DNA of 64,000 bases from Eledone cirrhosa (GCA_964016885.1 OZ024749.1:44888001-44952000), one strand, 5' to 3'. Counted from the first letter of the stretch, positions 26,346 to 43,467 are shown. The notes: generated by a model not told the origin, from the sequence alone. Numbers and translations are program-made.

Positions 26346-26457
<112 letters not shown>

Positions 26458-26653
26458 AGGTGAATTAGGAGATAGCTTTATATACATTATAAAAGTTGTT
26501 TTTTTTAAAGCATTGTCCCTTTTTTTTCAATAATTTCACTTTGACGACTCAAACAAAGGGTAAAAATAAACAGACCCTTAAATATATTTTCCGTGTTATT
26601 TCCGACTTCACCTTTTCTCTATATCCACTGTTTTGTATAGAACCTTACTTCCC

Positions 26654-26730
<77 letters not shown>

Positions 26731-26731
<1 letters not shown>

Positions 26732-26938
26732 TAGGAACGAGTAGGACCCCGACGGCTGAGTTCAAGCCGTTTCGACGGCTAATTCTGGACTAGTTCAGAA
26801 TTAGCCATCGAAACGGCTTGAGCTCAGCCGTCGGGGTCCTACTCGTTCCTATTAGTTCCTATTACCCACTCTACTACCCTAAGTATTGAGTACTTTGGTG
26901 CGTTATGGTCCACTTGGTTCCTTACCACATTTCCTTCG

Positions 26939-26940
<2 letters not shown>
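26731..26940 (+). mobile_element. Family A hairpin-plus-tail element in (TA)n
   Basis: Inverted repeat 26731-26852 centred on ACTAGT (26789-26794). Hammerhead 3' half GAAA-CGGCT(TGAGCTC)AGCCG-TC at 26810-26832. Confidence 0.85.
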
Positions 26941-27026
<86 letters not shown>

Positions 27027-27029
<3 letters not shown>

Positions 27030-27141
27030 GAAGGAGGTGAGGTAAGGAACTAGATGAGGTAAGATCAAAACGCACCAGAGGACTCAGTACTTAGGGTAGT
27101 AGAAATAGCAGTCGAAACGGCTTGAGCTCTGCCGTCGGGGT
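27027..27141 (-). mobile_element. Family A element, deleted derivative
   Basis: Diverged tail plus GAAATAGCAGTCGAAACGGCTTGAGCTCTGCCGTCGGGGT. Confidence 0.7.
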
Positions 27142-27562
27142 AAAACATATATATATATGTTTCAAAGAATAAAATTGCTCCAACCCCCAACACTGATCCA
27201 GCCAGCCATTCAAATATTGCATTAGATTTCATATGTGCCTATGTTAGAAATTATTGCAATGCAAAAGAAATATGAATTTTACCTTTTATTTATTTATTTA
27301 TTTATTTTTTGTATTGTTTAACAAAGTTTTATATTGTGTTTCTTTTGTTGAATTATCTTCATGTAGTTGTTTTGTTTTTAATATTTCATTATATTTCATT
27401 GTATTATTTACGTATATATCCTTATTATTAATATGAATATTATTATCATCATCATCATTATAATCAATATCATCATCACTGAATCAATTATTGTTATTAT
27501 CATTATTATTATTGTTATTCGGCCCTTGTGGCCAATAAATGAAATCATTATTATTATTGTTA

Positions 27563-27747
27563 AGGGTGGTGGATTGGCAGTATCGGTAGGGGTCAGACGT
27601 CAGGCTTTCCAAAATAGTTACGTCCCTTTACGATCTGAGTTCAAATCCCGCAGATGTTGACTTTGCCTTTCATCCTTACGGGATCGATAAAATAAAGTAC
27701 CAGTAATGCACTGGGTAATTGCTGGCCTTGTGCCTAAAGTAGAAACA
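27563..27747 (+). mobile_element. tRNA-derived SINE with 16-bp TSD
   Basis: Consensus match. ATTATTATTATTGTTA at 27547-27562 and 27748-27763. Confidence 0.9.
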
Positions 27748-27773
27748 ATTATTATTATTGTTATTATTATTAT

Positions 27774-28097
27774 TTTGTTGAAAGATGGGCGAGAGAGGCA
27801 AGAATGGCCCGATTGAATGGGCCTACTCTGATGTGTCTGTAAATTGAAGGTGGAAATCTAGGAGAGGGCACTTGCCCTGGTGGTCAGGGTCACCGTGGCT
27901 TTTTTTAATGGACTTTCTCCACGATGGGCATCGGAAGTCTCCCACCTATTGGGGAATTTTTCATTGCTCCTTTTTTTGTTACATCCTCTGTTTTTGTTTT
28001 TTTTACACGCAGAAATGCCCATTTGTATCGTCGTGTATTGTCCTGTATTGTCCTTAATGTCTTACTTTGTGTAAACCCTTGTGGTTAATAAATAAAG

Positions 28098-28170
<73 letters not shown>
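27774..28170 (+). mobile_element. 3' end of a Tx1/L1-like LINE (ORF C-terminus, 3' UTR, (ATT)n tail)
   Basis: FVERWAREARMARLNGPTLMCL* at 27774-27842, T-rich UTR, then CCCTTGTGGTTAATAAATAAAG and (ATT)n. Confidence 0.6.
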
Positions 28171-28171
<1 letters not shown>

Positions 28172-28226
28172 GTGTTTATGAACGTAAAGGGAACGTGAGA
28201 CAGACAGCCAGGAATGAAGAAAGAAA

Positions 28227-28261
<35 letters not shown>

Positions 28262-28502
28262 TAAGAAGGGAGAAATTAAGTGAGAAACAGAGACAGAACG
28301 AATGACTTGGGGTGGATGGAGGTGAGTATAATAAATTTGGCACGTGACTTGTTTGTTGCTGTGCATGTATGTATATTTGTGTATATAACTATTTATGTAT
28401 GTATTTATGTACATATGAACTTATATCAACATATATACACAGACATATATATATGTATATATATATATATATATATTTATAATTATATATGTATATATGT
28501 TT

Positions 28503-28789
28503 ATAACCTTCAAACGTCAAGGTTGTTTTTCAACAGGTATGTCAACATTTATAAAACATATTGTGTATGTTATCTGATGAAAGCGCACCAAAATTGCCTT
28601 GGTTACCCTTGAAATATATATAATAAAATAATTATGGTTTTATATATATAGTTTCCATTTATTAATATATTGAATATTTACTCTAGTAATCCAGTTGTAC
28701 TCCAGTACTCCAGTAATTGTTGAGTGCTTTATATCAGTTATAAAACTTTTAAGCTTGTTGAATCCCAACAAATTAAATATAACTTCTGC

Positions 28790-28791
<2 letters not shown>
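28503..28791 (+). mobile_element. Family C element with full 3' tail
   Basis: Matches 61562-61810 (-). Ends ...AACTTCTGCA next to a TA-rich array. Confidence 0.75.
28566..28630 (+). ncRNA. Type I hammerhead (family C)
   Basis: TATGTTAT-CTGATGA-AAG...ACCAA...TTGGT...CTT-GAAA-TATATA-TA-ATAAAATA. Confidence 0.7.
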
Positions 28792-28864
<73 letters not shown>

Positions 28865-28889
28865 CATATATATATATATATTATATATG

Positions 28890-28980
<91 letters not shown>

Positions 28981-28981
<1 letters not shown>

Positions 28982-29172
28982 ACAAAGGAATTGTGGTAAG
29001 TGCCTAGATGGACCATGACGCACCAGAGTACTCAATACTTAGGGTAGTAGAGTGGGAAATAGGAAAATGTATGACCCCGACGGCAGAGCTCAAGCCGTTT
29101 TGACGGCTATTTCTGGACTAGAAATAGCCGTCGAAACGGCTTGAGCTCTGCCGTCGGGGTCATACTTTTGCC

Positions 29173-29175
<3 letters not shown>
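28981..29175 (-). mobile_element. Family A hairpin-plus-tail element in (TA)n
   Basis: Tail 28981-29058, inverted repeat 29059-29175 with apex TTCTGGACTAGAA. Confidence 0.85.
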
Positions 29176-29235
<60 letters not shown>

Positions 29236-29318
29236 ATACTTTGGGAGGGTCATGTTGCCAATAAAGAATCTTGCTAAACAAATTCAGAAACGAAATATAT
29301 ATATATATATATATATTT

Positions 29319-29345
29319 AGTCAGTTATGTGTATGTATATTCACG

Positions 29346-29397
<52 letters not shown>

Positions 29398-29430
29398 TAT
29401 ATACGTGAATATACATACACGTAACTGACT
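29319..29430. repeat. Inverted repeat with (TA)n at the apex
   Basis: AGTCAGTTATGTGTATGTATATTCACGTAT...ATACGTGAATATACATACACGTAACTGACT. Confidence 0.8.
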
Positions 29431-29877
29431 CTCTTCCACATAACCTAAAGTAACACCAACACCAATAAGACTAACACCCACCAACCGAATATACACACAG
29501 TACTCGTTTCCCGACGACACACTCCACCCATCATCACATGGATAACCATGGACAACAATATCATCACCAGCTTAACTACCGACACCACCCCCTGCACCTT
29601 CACCTACAACAATAATAAGGTGACCACCAGCACCCACCACCACCACCACCACATTCTACTGCATAACTAACCTCTTCACCAGCACTACCATTGCCACTAC
29701 CAACCAAACAATACAATTGTCAACGCATACACAAACAAAACCTTTATCACCAACACTAACAATAATCTACGTTAATAGCAAAACCATTCTCTCTATTTTC
29801 TATTCTCTGTTAACCCTTTCATGATCTCTTTTTGTCCGCCTGTCTCTCTGGGTTTCTCTCTTTATCTGTCACACTCC

Positions 29878-29945
<68 letters not shown>

Positions 29946-29984
29946 CTTTCACTCTCTATCTTTCTCTGTTACCCTCTCTCTCCG

Positions 29985-30020
<36 letters not shown>

Positions 30021-30101
30021 GTCGTATACGAGCAAGACGACTAATCTTGCCTCACGCGGGATATATATATACATATATATACGACAATATATACATAAGT
30101 T

Positions 30102-30159
<58 letters not shown>

Positions 30160-30248
30160 TACATATATATACCTATGTATATACATATGTATATATATAT
30201 ATATATATATACATATATATGTATTTATATATGTATATATATGTTTAC

Positions 30249-30299
<51 letters not shown>

Positions 30300-30300
30300 A

Positions 30301-30374
<74 letters not shown>

Positions 30375-30640
30375 GTATATACATATGTATATACATATGT
30401 ATATACATATGTATATATATGTATATATATATATATACATATGTATATACATATGCATATATATATATATGTATATTTATATATATATACATATGTATAT
30501 ACAATATATTAACAAATGGAAACTATATTTATATGTATATACATATGTATATATATAGACATGTATATACACATGTATATACATATATATATATATATAT
30601 ATATCCTTCATTGTTTTATTAACACTATTACTATTTCTCT

Positions 30641-30780
30641 AGCATAGTTACGTCCCTTTACAGTCTGAGTTCAAATCCCGCCGAGGTTAACTCTGCCTTT
30701 CATCCTTACGGGGTCGATAAACTAAAGTACCAGTAATGTACTGATTAATTGCTGTCCTTGTGCCTAAAGTAGAAACAATT
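30641..30780 (+). mobile_element. 5'-truncated tRNA-derived SINE
   Basis: B box, core and 3' end present, A box missing. Confidence 0.88.
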
Positions 30781-31003
30781 ATACTTTTGTTACTTATTTT
30801 CTCTACTCTCTCTCTCTCTCTCTCCCCTCTCTCTCTCTCTATATATATATATATCTCCCTCCCTCTTTATATCACCTTCTATCTGTTTTCCTCTGAATAA
30901 CTATTATTGACGGTCTTCGCTTTCTTATCTGCTTATTTCTTCCCCTGTTCGCCACTTTCTCTTTAATTCTCTCTCTGTATCACTTTTACTCTCCCTCCTT
31001 CTC

Positions 31004-31054
<51 letters not shown>

Positions 31055-31189
31055 CATACATACATACATACATACATACATCTCACCGGCTTTCTCCGTC
31101 TATTTGTCTTTAATTTCCCAGCCACACTTTCATTTGCTTTATGTCAATTTCCCTATTATCTTCCAAACATCTTTTATTCAGTCAATCTT

Positions 31190-31240
31190 GTGTCTTTGTA
31201 TTATCCTCTTTTCTTGTGCGCCCTTGTGGCAAATAAAGAA

Positions 31241-31322
<82 letters not shown>

Positions 31323-31325
31323 AAT
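31190..31325 (+). mobile_element. LINE 3' tip followed by (TATC)n
   Basis: TTTGTATTATCC...GCCCTTGTGGCAAATAAAGAAA resembles 28040-28098, 27521-27546 and 47050-47115. Confidence 0.5.
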
Positions 31326-31413
31326 CAATCAATCAATCAACCAATCTATCTATCTATCCAGCTAACTGTTCTACCAATCTATCTAAGAAACTACATATCT
31401 ACTATCCTTCCAT

Positions 31414-31497
<84 letters not shown>

Positions 31498-31701
31498 GTA
31501 TATAATATCCATATATTCATTCATCTATCTACACATCCATATATTTTCCCATCTATTTATCTATCAATTTCCTATCTCTCTATCTATTCATCGATCTATT
31601 CATCTATTTATTTATCTGTCTATCTGTCTATCTGTCTATCTATCTATCCATCCATCTACTTATCTATTTATCTATCCATCTATCTGTCTATATGTCTTCT
31701 C

Positions 31702-31752
<51 letters not shown>

Positions 31753-32674
31753 CAATATATTTCACCCTCTATCTATCTACTCATGTTTTATTTCTATACT
31801 GCTGATATCCTATCTTAAGCTTTCTGTCTCCTTATAAATTTCGATATCATTTCTTTATAGTCTTTATAATAATCTTTTCTATACCATCTATTATATCATT
31901 CTAACTGTTTCTTTATACTCCCACATACACTGGCACATACACACACAAATTGGCAAACGCACATACACACACATACACACTCACATTCGTTCTTTCTCCT
32001 CTTCCCTTTCTACCCCTCTTTTTCCCTATCTGTCCCTCTCTCATCGTCTCAACTCCCTCCTTCCTCAACTCCCATTTTCATTCATCATTTTTTTTTCAAA
32101 TATCTATTCAAATATTTTCTCCTCCCCCCATCACTTACTCTTTCTTTTGTCTCACCTTTCCTCTTGCTTCTATCTCCTCCCCCTTCTCCTCTCAACCTCC
32201 TCATCTTACACTTCCTGTCCCTCTTCCTCCTACTTTTCCTCTTCCTTCTCCAACACACTCAATATTCCATTCACACATACACGCGCACACGCGCACACAA
32301 ACACATTTACACATAAACACACTCTCATATACATGCCCCATAAAGAAACATAGAGAGACAAATAAAATCAAAAACGTAATACACACATACACATACACAC
32401 ACACGCACACATGTACTTTCGCAAGCACACGAATGTGCACACTCACACAAAGGCTCACATACACACGCATACGCACATTGACATATGAATTTACATAGAA
32501 AACAATCCCAATATATTGACACTCCACAAAAATCCACTGACGCTTGCGCACATACATATGGACATCCACATCCTCTTCTTTTTCCTCTGCATTGCTTTCT
32601 CCTATACAGACATACACATATACATCAACATATACATAGACGACACCAACTAATCATATATATACACATATATA

Positions 32675-32736
<62 letters not shown>

Positions 32737-33387
32737 TATATATATATATATACATATATATACATATATATGCATATATATATATATTCATATATATATA
32801 TATTTATATAATTTATATATATATATATGTTTGTATGTATGAATGCATTTATGTACATATTCACACAAGCGCAGACAACTCAATCTAAATATATACACAC
32901 ACCAACAATATACAGAGGAGACAAAAAGGAAGGGAGAGAAAGAGTGAATATGAAAATGAGTGAGAGGAAAGGGGGAAGGGGAGCGATGGAGTGGGAGAGA
33001 GAGCGAGAAAGAGCGGGAGTGAGAGAGGAAGAGTGAGAGGGGAAATAAATAGAAGTAGTAGCAGAAAGACATACACATAGAAATACACTACAACGCTATT
33101 GTCCCGTATGTGAAAATCTATATTCAGCTTTATTGAAAAGCCTGAAAAGAATTTAGCTCTATTATCTGGGCCTAGAAAATATATTGTTTGAAATTTGAAA
33201 GCCGCTTTTCTTACACGGTTAGATATTGTATCAGTGAAGAACCATCAGTATTTTTGCTAAGGAAAAATCAAGCTTATTGATAGTTAGGCTGTTGGGGAAA
33301 CCAGAGTGTTTCATAAGACAGGGTCTTTTGGTCGGAGAAACACCGGCAAAAATTAGGTGAAAGCTACGAATCCAGGCTCTTACGAGT

Positions 33388-33529
<142 letters not shown>

Positions 33530-33572
33530 GTACATATGTGTATGCATATATACATATGTCCGTATATATGTA

Positions 33573-33632
<60 letters not shown>

Positions 33633-33746
33633 TAGGGGTGGACACAGGGATATAGGTATAGGAATAGGGAAGTGTATGTGAGTGTGATAGGTATCAAGTA
33701 ATATTTATAGGTACATGTACATATATATATATATATATATATATCG

Positions 33747-33809
<63 letters not shown>

Positions 33810-34327
33810 TAAAATATATATATATATCGATGTACCTGTGTTAATAGCCCTACCATTGTTTTTGTGTTCAATTTTTTATTACTATCTGAAGAATGACAAA
33901 CGGATCAACCGCAAGGGAAGAACAGACGAAAACACCAAAAAGATGACCCAATGTACGTCTTTAAAACATACGTTTATAACGGAAACTGAAAATGTTGGAA
34001 ATAAGAAAAAATGATGGAAAATGCTGAGAGAGAATTACATACGATGAGAGGAGAAATGAAGATGTAGATCATATCAACATAGAGAGAAAAAAAAATGATG
34101 ACATATCTAAAATTTCCTTCAACTTGAACCGATTACTGGACCTAATAATTTACAGTTTCCCTCTGCCAAAGAAGTAACTACCTACGTTTGCAGTCAGCTG
34201 TTTTGGAAAACATAACGGAGAAATATAAGAAAAAGTAGATTGAAAGAGGAAGAAGAGACGAAATGCGGAAATGAGAGAAAAGAGAGGGAGAGAAAAAAAA
34301 TAAAACAGTTTTCATATAGGTAAGCTG

Positions 34328-34431
<104 letters not shown>

Positions 34432-34500
34432 CCGATATTTATATATATATATGTATATGTGTGTGTGTGTATATATATCGATGTGTATATATATATATAT

Positions 34501-34548
<48 letters not shown>

Positions 34549-34590
34549 ATATACATATATAATCACATATATATGTTTATATATATATAT

Positions 34591-34668
<78 letters not shown>

Positions 34669-34876
34669 CAAGGAGTTGAGGATGGAAAACTATTATGGAT
34701 TTTTACGGAACTGCGATATAGAACTAAATAACTCTGAAGACAAAATAATACTTCGAAAACAACCAACCTCGTCGTTATTATTATCGGCTGCACAATCTAT
34801 GTTAACTATCAACACCTATCACCAGCCAGCTGCAATTACTACTAACAACAACAGTACATTGTACTCAGCCATACGT

Positions 34877-34997
<121 letters not shown>

Positions 34998-35023
34998 TAT
35001 ATAAATATATATATATATTTATA

Positions 35024-35099
<76 letters not shown>

Positions 35100-35207
35100 T
35101 GTATATATATATACTAATGTACGTGTAGCAATATGTGTATGGTTATGCTACTGCGCATATATATATACTGGTGTATACGAACGTGTCATGACATGGAATC
35201 ACAAGCA

Positions 35208-35246
<39 letters not shown>

Positions 35247-35292
35247 ACCACCCCTTCTCCCATGAGTGTGTATGTGTGTGCGTGCGTATAGC

Positions 35293-35333
<41 letters not shown>

Positions 35334-35877
35334 TATTTAAGTTTTATATATATATATATATATTATATATATATATAACAATTATTTAAGCTTCGGGGAA
35401 ATCAGCTATAGACTTATATAGTTATAGTTTAGATATATATCTATATACATAAATGTATGCATATCGATTATATAGTGGTTTCGTGTCAGGAGGATGTCTA
35501 TATATATATATTTATTAGAGAATGGACAACCATAGGTAAGTTTCATGCGTGTTTAAGAAAAGCGGCTCTTTGAATTTCTTTCATAATATATGTCTATATT
35601 TTTCCTTTACAATGCAACATAAACAGAAAAATGCCACACATCGACACACACCACAAAAATGATGTCTATGATTTACTAAGAACAACAACCCATATATATA
35701 TATATATATATATATACGTATATGCATAAGCATTCATATTTATATATAGATATATATGTATATATAAACAGACATATACACACATATATATATATACACA
35801 CACAAATATATCTATATGAATATACATATATATATATGCATATATATATACATATACTCACACACACACACACACAT

Positions 35878-35944
<67 letters not shown>

Positions 35945-36274
35945 CATACATGCATATGTTCCGTCAAAATACCATTAATGTATTAAATGTGTGTATATGA
36001 TTAGCTTTACATAAAGATTCTTATGTTCTTTCCAAACAACAGATTTTCACTCGTCTTTTGCTTAATACATGAATTTGTATCATATATGTATATCTACATA
36101 TACACACGTATAATATATATATACATGTGTTATATATATATATATATGCATGTAATATATATATATATATATACGCTTATATATATACACACCTATATAT
36201 ATATATATATATGCATATGATGCATGTAGTAAAATATTTACCGTGTCTTTCCAACATTTGTCATATATATATAT

Positions 36275-36308
<34 letters not shown>

Positions 36309-36352
36309 ATATTATATATATATATATATATATACGCTTATAAATATACACA

Positions 36353-36389
<37 letters not shown>

Positions 36390-36438
36390 GCATATGATGC
36401 ACGTAGTAAAATATTTCCCGTGTTCTTTCTATCATTTG

Positions 36439-36499
<61 letters not shown>

Positions 36500-36590
36500 T
36501 GTATGTATGCATGCATGAATGTGTCTGTCTGTGTATGTATATATATTTATGTATGTGTGTGCGGGTGTATGGTGCATGAATATACACATT

Positions 36591-36680
<90 letters not shown>

Positions 36681-37035
36681 CAGTTTAGTTCACCCTTGAG
36701 TATCACATATATAGATAGATATATTGTTAGAAAATAAAGAGACAGAGACAAACATATAGATAGATACACAGTAGTGTGTAACTGAATACATGTTTACACA
36801 AGGAGTGTAAATTGTCATGGTATGAAAATAGTTGTAAGATATTAAAGAAATATTAGGTATATTGTTATAGTATATACATTAGTTGCACTCTACTACTTAT
36901 ATTACTACCACTACTACTACTACTATTATTACTTCCTGCAACCTAACACCAAGACTGACACTCTATCATGTGTAAACATTATACATGCACGCACGCACCC
37001 CCACTTACACATACATACATATATATATGTATGCA

Positions 37036-37139
<104 letters not shown>

Positions 37140-37304
37140 CCTAATTCTAAGAAAGTCTTATAACTACAACACATGAATCAATGTTAATATAGTTTCATAT
37201 CTTTAGTATGATTTTCTTTTTGATTTTTTATAATTTCGTATTACTAAAATTTTTTTTTTTTTTTACCAGACATTAAATATTTGCGTTTGGCTTTATACAC
37301 AAAG

Positions 37305-37403
<99 letters not shown>

Positions 37404-37523
37404 TACATATATATTTATATATACACATATAAGCTGTTTACAACTCTGTTTGTCTTGTCTCTCCTTGAACTATATATATATATATATATATATATACTGA
37501 TTTACAAACAATACATGCATGTA

Positions 37524-37596
<73 letters not shown>

Positions 37597-37597
37597 G

Positions 37598-37647
<50 letters not shown>

Positions 37648-37662
37648 TATGTGTGAGTGTAT

Positions 37663-37715
<53 letters not shown>

Positions 37716-37729
37716 TATGTGCGAGTGTA

Positions 37730-37765
<36 letters not shown>

Positions 37766-38835
37766 TGTGTTTGTACTCTTTAACGGTATTAGTTTCTTCC
37801 TCACATTTTCTACTAATTCTGGAGACACGGTTTCGATTCTTCTCCTAAACGTCATTTTTATTAATGTATTTTTTTAAATATTATATTTTCTTTCCAAGTA
37901 CAAAACATCTGTATATACTTTTCAGACTATTGCTTTTGTTACTTTAGCTTCATATCAACACGTATCTGGCTCTCATAGGCTCATATACGTTATAATTATG
38001 ACAATCACATCTTTGTTTTCTAGCATATTGCACGCCTGTATATATTATCTAAATATACATTCTATAATATATACATTACTTTAAAATTGGGAGAGTATTC
38101 TGCTGCTCGTTCTAGCAGGTTGATCGGCAGTTTATCTATTTTGTAATATTTTAGCATCATATCTGCCCTGGTCCAGTTAACCTTATAATGATGAGCAATT
38201 TATTAATGCCAATGCCGTCATTTGACGCCTATGACAAATTATATTATGAAATACGTCCTCCATTTATCAGATATTGTGATTTGAGGATCGTTTGGCTGCT
38301 ATTTTTAGCAGGTTTCCAGTAAAAGCTTAGAAGACTTTCTTTTATATCCGGTATAATACAGAAACATTGACGTTAGTAACGAATTAGCCTATGTCGGTTA
38401 GTAAATATGCGGTGAACTTGCTGTATATCTATATCTAGGGAACGAACTTACAAACCTGCAAGTGTGATTCCGGAAACAAAACCTCGGCGAAGCCTTTTTT
38501 TTCAGAACATTAAAAACAACAACAGCAACAACATAAACAAAACCACAACTTCTTCAATACATTAAATTTAAAACGGCACAATACGATTTGAAGGAATTGT
38601 TTTGCCATGAACTAAAGGTCTCTGTACCTTCTGTTTAAGCACTCGGTCTACTAGAAATAGCAATCTAAATCTACAAATTGCACCTTACTGGCTTAAAAGA
38701 AATGAAGGACATCTTCATTTAGATAAGGATAGATATAAGGGAACAACTAGATATAAGGGAAACATATTGGTCAAATATCTTCTCATTCATAATCGATCTG
38801 GGGTCATACAATCATACACAATAGCCATAGAGTCA

Positions 38836-39380
38836 TTAACAACAACAACAACAACAGTAAAAGCAATAGCAACAACAAGAATAAAAAGAAAATGTAGTAA
38901 TGACAATTACAACAACAAAAATAAACAGCAGTAACATTAACAACAACAGTATCAACAGTATCAACAACAAAAGCAACAAAAACAGCAACAGCAGCAGCAA
39001 TAATATCAACAACAATAGCAAAAACAAAGCAATAACAGCAGCAACAATATCAACAACAATAGCAACAAAAACAGCAACAACAGCAGCAACAACAAATATA
39101 TCAAGCACAACTTTAGAAGAAAATTTAACTTTAAGAAAGTTTGAAAATTAACATCAACATCATCATCATCAACACAATAGCAACAGCATCAGTATAAACA
39201 AAACACCACCGCCATCATCATCACGGTAGCAACATAAACATCAACGTAAAGAAACAACTTCATCTTCAGCACAGTAGCAACACCATCAACATCAACAACA
39301 ACATCATCATCATCAACAGAATAGCAACATCGCCAATATCAACAATAACATAATTAAAATAACAATGTCAAGGTCAATAA
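38836..39380. repeat. Degenerate (CAA/CAG/CAT)n low-complexity tract
   Basis: Direct reading. Confidence 0.85.
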
Positions 39381-39914
39381 TATCCATCGAGGGAAGAGAA
39401 AGTGGTAGCCATATCTCCCTCATATCACACCCCTCCATCTAAATAAGGACATAGTATTTTAGATAAGGGACCCATGTACCACAATAAAACGACGAGGTGG
39501 CTACGGCTGGTATGTTTCTAATGATAGGTCTACTGCTTCTCGGTTAAACTGGAGCAAAACAATAACAGCAATAACAATAAGGTTAATATTTTGGTGAAGG
39601 ACATACAAGGGCCCAAGCGGGATGATTTTTTTCAGTGGGACTTTAACCTAAACATAATGGGACCAAACTATATAACACAAAAATTAAGCATAAGATAAAC
39701 GCCCACCCCCCACAATATTAAGAGGGATTGGGGAGTTTTTCAATAACTCTGACCCCAGGGCTGAGATTTACAATATCGATATTTAAACTGGTCAAAATAT
39801 TTAGAGAGGATCACACCGGCCAATTGGCATAGGGCTTAAATTAAAGTTAGGCTGGACTCGTATTCAAGTTCATTTATTTCATACAGGTTCTTGTAAGATC
39901 ATGATGATGATGAA

Positions 39915-39949
<35 letters not shown>

Positions 39950-40129
39950 TACACACGCAAATGTTTATATATTATTTTTTTATTATGGCTAAGTGATGAA
40001 TCATGTCACTCTGGGGTTTCACCCTTGTAATCCCAGGATCATCAAACATGAATAATATTAAAGTTTACTTCGGTATTGATAATTCATTCTCAGACCCATC
40101 AAAACCATACGGATATATATATATATATA

Positions 40130-40214
<85 letters not shown>

Positions 40215-40370
40215 ATATATACCTATTTAATAATTGGCATCTGCAACATCGACACACTAATAGGTTTGACAAGTGTCAGGAAGGCGGGATCAGCTGACAT
40301 GGGCCTACGGTTTTGAGTCAGAGAGTTCACGTTATCATCTTGGAGGTATATAATTATTGCATGTATACAG

Positions 40371-40401
<31 letters not shown>

Positions 40402-40978
40402 GTGTACACGTAACACGCATAAACGGGACTTTTCAAAACTATACCAAGTATACCAATTTAGAAGAAAGTTGAATACAGTCAATTACGTAGACCTCATTAC
40501 TACATTGGTTCTGAGCCGAGAAGGAGGACAAATAAAGTTGCTCTCGGTGGCATAGATACACTTAAAGGGGTGAAACAAAATACAATATTGTGTACGACGC
40601 AGCAAATATCCCGGCCAACACATAATCCTAGTGAGGATAAGGTTTTTTTAAGGTGATGATGACGATGAGGGTCAAGAAAATAATTTTGATAACTATTTAG
40701 TCGCAGGATCAGCAATTATGAGGGGAGGGTTAAGTGAATAAAACAATTTCAGTATATAATTGGTAACAAATTTTATCGATGGATCAAATGCAACGTAACC
40801 CAGAATAAATACCAATCCTTTTGCCCGGTGTTAAAACTCGTCAGCCAATAATGTATATTTAACTTTGTAGTGAGAGTTATATCAAGTGAAAATGCTTAGC
40901 AAAGTTACATAAACAAACAAACACACACTCACACATACACACACGCACACGCACGCACGCAGACACACACACACACAT

Positions 40979-41009
<31 letters not shown>

Positions 41010-41801
41010 CATTACATTTATATTAATATACATATGTGTGTGGGTATCTATGTGTGTATGATATGAAGGAGATATATATATATATATGTGTGTGTGTGTA
41101 TGTTTGTGATTTGATATAGAGAGTAAAATATACAACAATTATGATAACTATAATATTAAGATAACCGTATTCAAGGACCCTATGAAATTATATATGAGAA
41201 GCTAACGCAATTTTAGAGTGTTGAAGTTATTTAACTAAAATTCAATTTTGGCGTGTCTGAAATTGTTAATGATCAATACCTTTCTGAATAACTAATGTTT
41301 AACCTTTTTCATACCAAAACATCTGATACCACAAATGGTCCTATTATAACAAATTTATTTTAAAAACCACCTAAACATTTTTCTCAACACTACTTCAATC
41401 ATAAAAAGTACTTATATTACTAAGTCTAGCCTTACTCTTGATTATTTCCAAATTATTTGAAAAGACTAGGCAGTGTCGTTTATGAGAAATAAGGTAACTA
41501 AGGGGTTAATATATTAGTAATTAACTAAAAAAAAATTCTTCCATCGTCTAATATATTAAAATTTATTGTGTGATTCTTTAAACTAGATAATAAATGAGAA
41601 AATCCCTTATATTATTGAATTCCGTCAATTCTGGAGTGTTTTTCATTTGATATATCTGCGAATTATGATATATTTTCTAGAATAGTGTGAGATGTAGTAT
41701 ATCCTCCGTTGTCCATTCGATATCTTTGTTTATATATATATATATATATGTTATATATGTATGTATGAATATATATATATATATATATCTATATATATCT
41801 A

Positions 41802-41848
<47 letters not shown>

Positions 41849-41945
41849 AAATGTAATGTATGTATATATACATATATATTTATATATTAATATACATATA
41901 TAAGTATATATAATATATATATATATATTGTATGTATATAAGTAT

Positions 41946-41988
<43 letters not shown>

Positions 41989-42011
41989 AAAGTATATATA
42001 AAATATATATA

Positions 42012-42056
<45 letters not shown>

Positions 42057-42155
42057 TATATATATATTATATATATATAATATATAAATATATATATATA
42101 TAGATGTATATATATATATAAGTGTATATATATAAGTGTATATATATATATAGAA

Positions 42156-42203
<48 letters not shown>

Positions 42204-42317
42204 TTAATAGCACCGGCGATGATAAAATTTATGTAAATGAAATATACAATTATAATGAAAATAAATTAGATGTGGCAGGCAGAATAAATACATTAAAATT
42301 CAAATATTACAATTATC

Positions 42318-42360
<43 letters not shown>

Positions 42361-42486
42361 TTAATAATAAAATTGTGAAATAATGTATGTCGCTATACTT
42401 GTTTGGATTTCAAAACATGGAAAAATTATGCCCAATATGTATATTTATTGATTGACATATACATACATAATTACAGCTACATAAAC

Positions 42487-42617
<131 letters not shown>

Positions 42618-42675
42618 TTATATATATATATGTGTGTGTATATATATATATTATATATATTTAGAGAGAGACAGA

Positions 42676-42749
<74 letters not shown>

Positions 42750-43250
42750 CAGAGATAGATATAAAGATAGATACACAGATAGCTATTTACATATACATAA
42801 ATATATATATGCCAAAAATGAATAAATTTCTAGCAAAGAGTAGGCAGCAGAAATATTTTATTTATATATATACATTTAAATTGGGTGATATAATTTTTAT
42901 GCAGTTATCTGCGTTTTGAAAGTTAACATATACATAGATATCAAAGACCATATAGATAGATATGAAATATATCACACAGGTCTTATCTGATGGCATTTTA
43001 CGCTTAAATCACTTAAAGATAATCTTTGTTCTTTCGTTCTTTATAGTTCTCCACTTTCATCATGCAAACACACGCTCAAACACCCGACCACACGCACACC
43101 GACAAACATATAAACACACACACCCATACATACATATAAACACACACACACAAATATATATATATATATATAAACAAATATATTCACATATATATATATA
43201 TATATAAATATAGGCATATATAAATGTTTGTTTACATATTTATGTGTATG

Positions 43251-43306
<56 letters not shown>

Positions 43307-43307
43307 C

Positions 43308-43467
<160 letters not shown>

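Noticed and set aside
40480-40850. Highly decayed SINE relics (also ~8680-8820 and ~48520-48650)
   Set aside because: Too diverged to give boundaries by eye.
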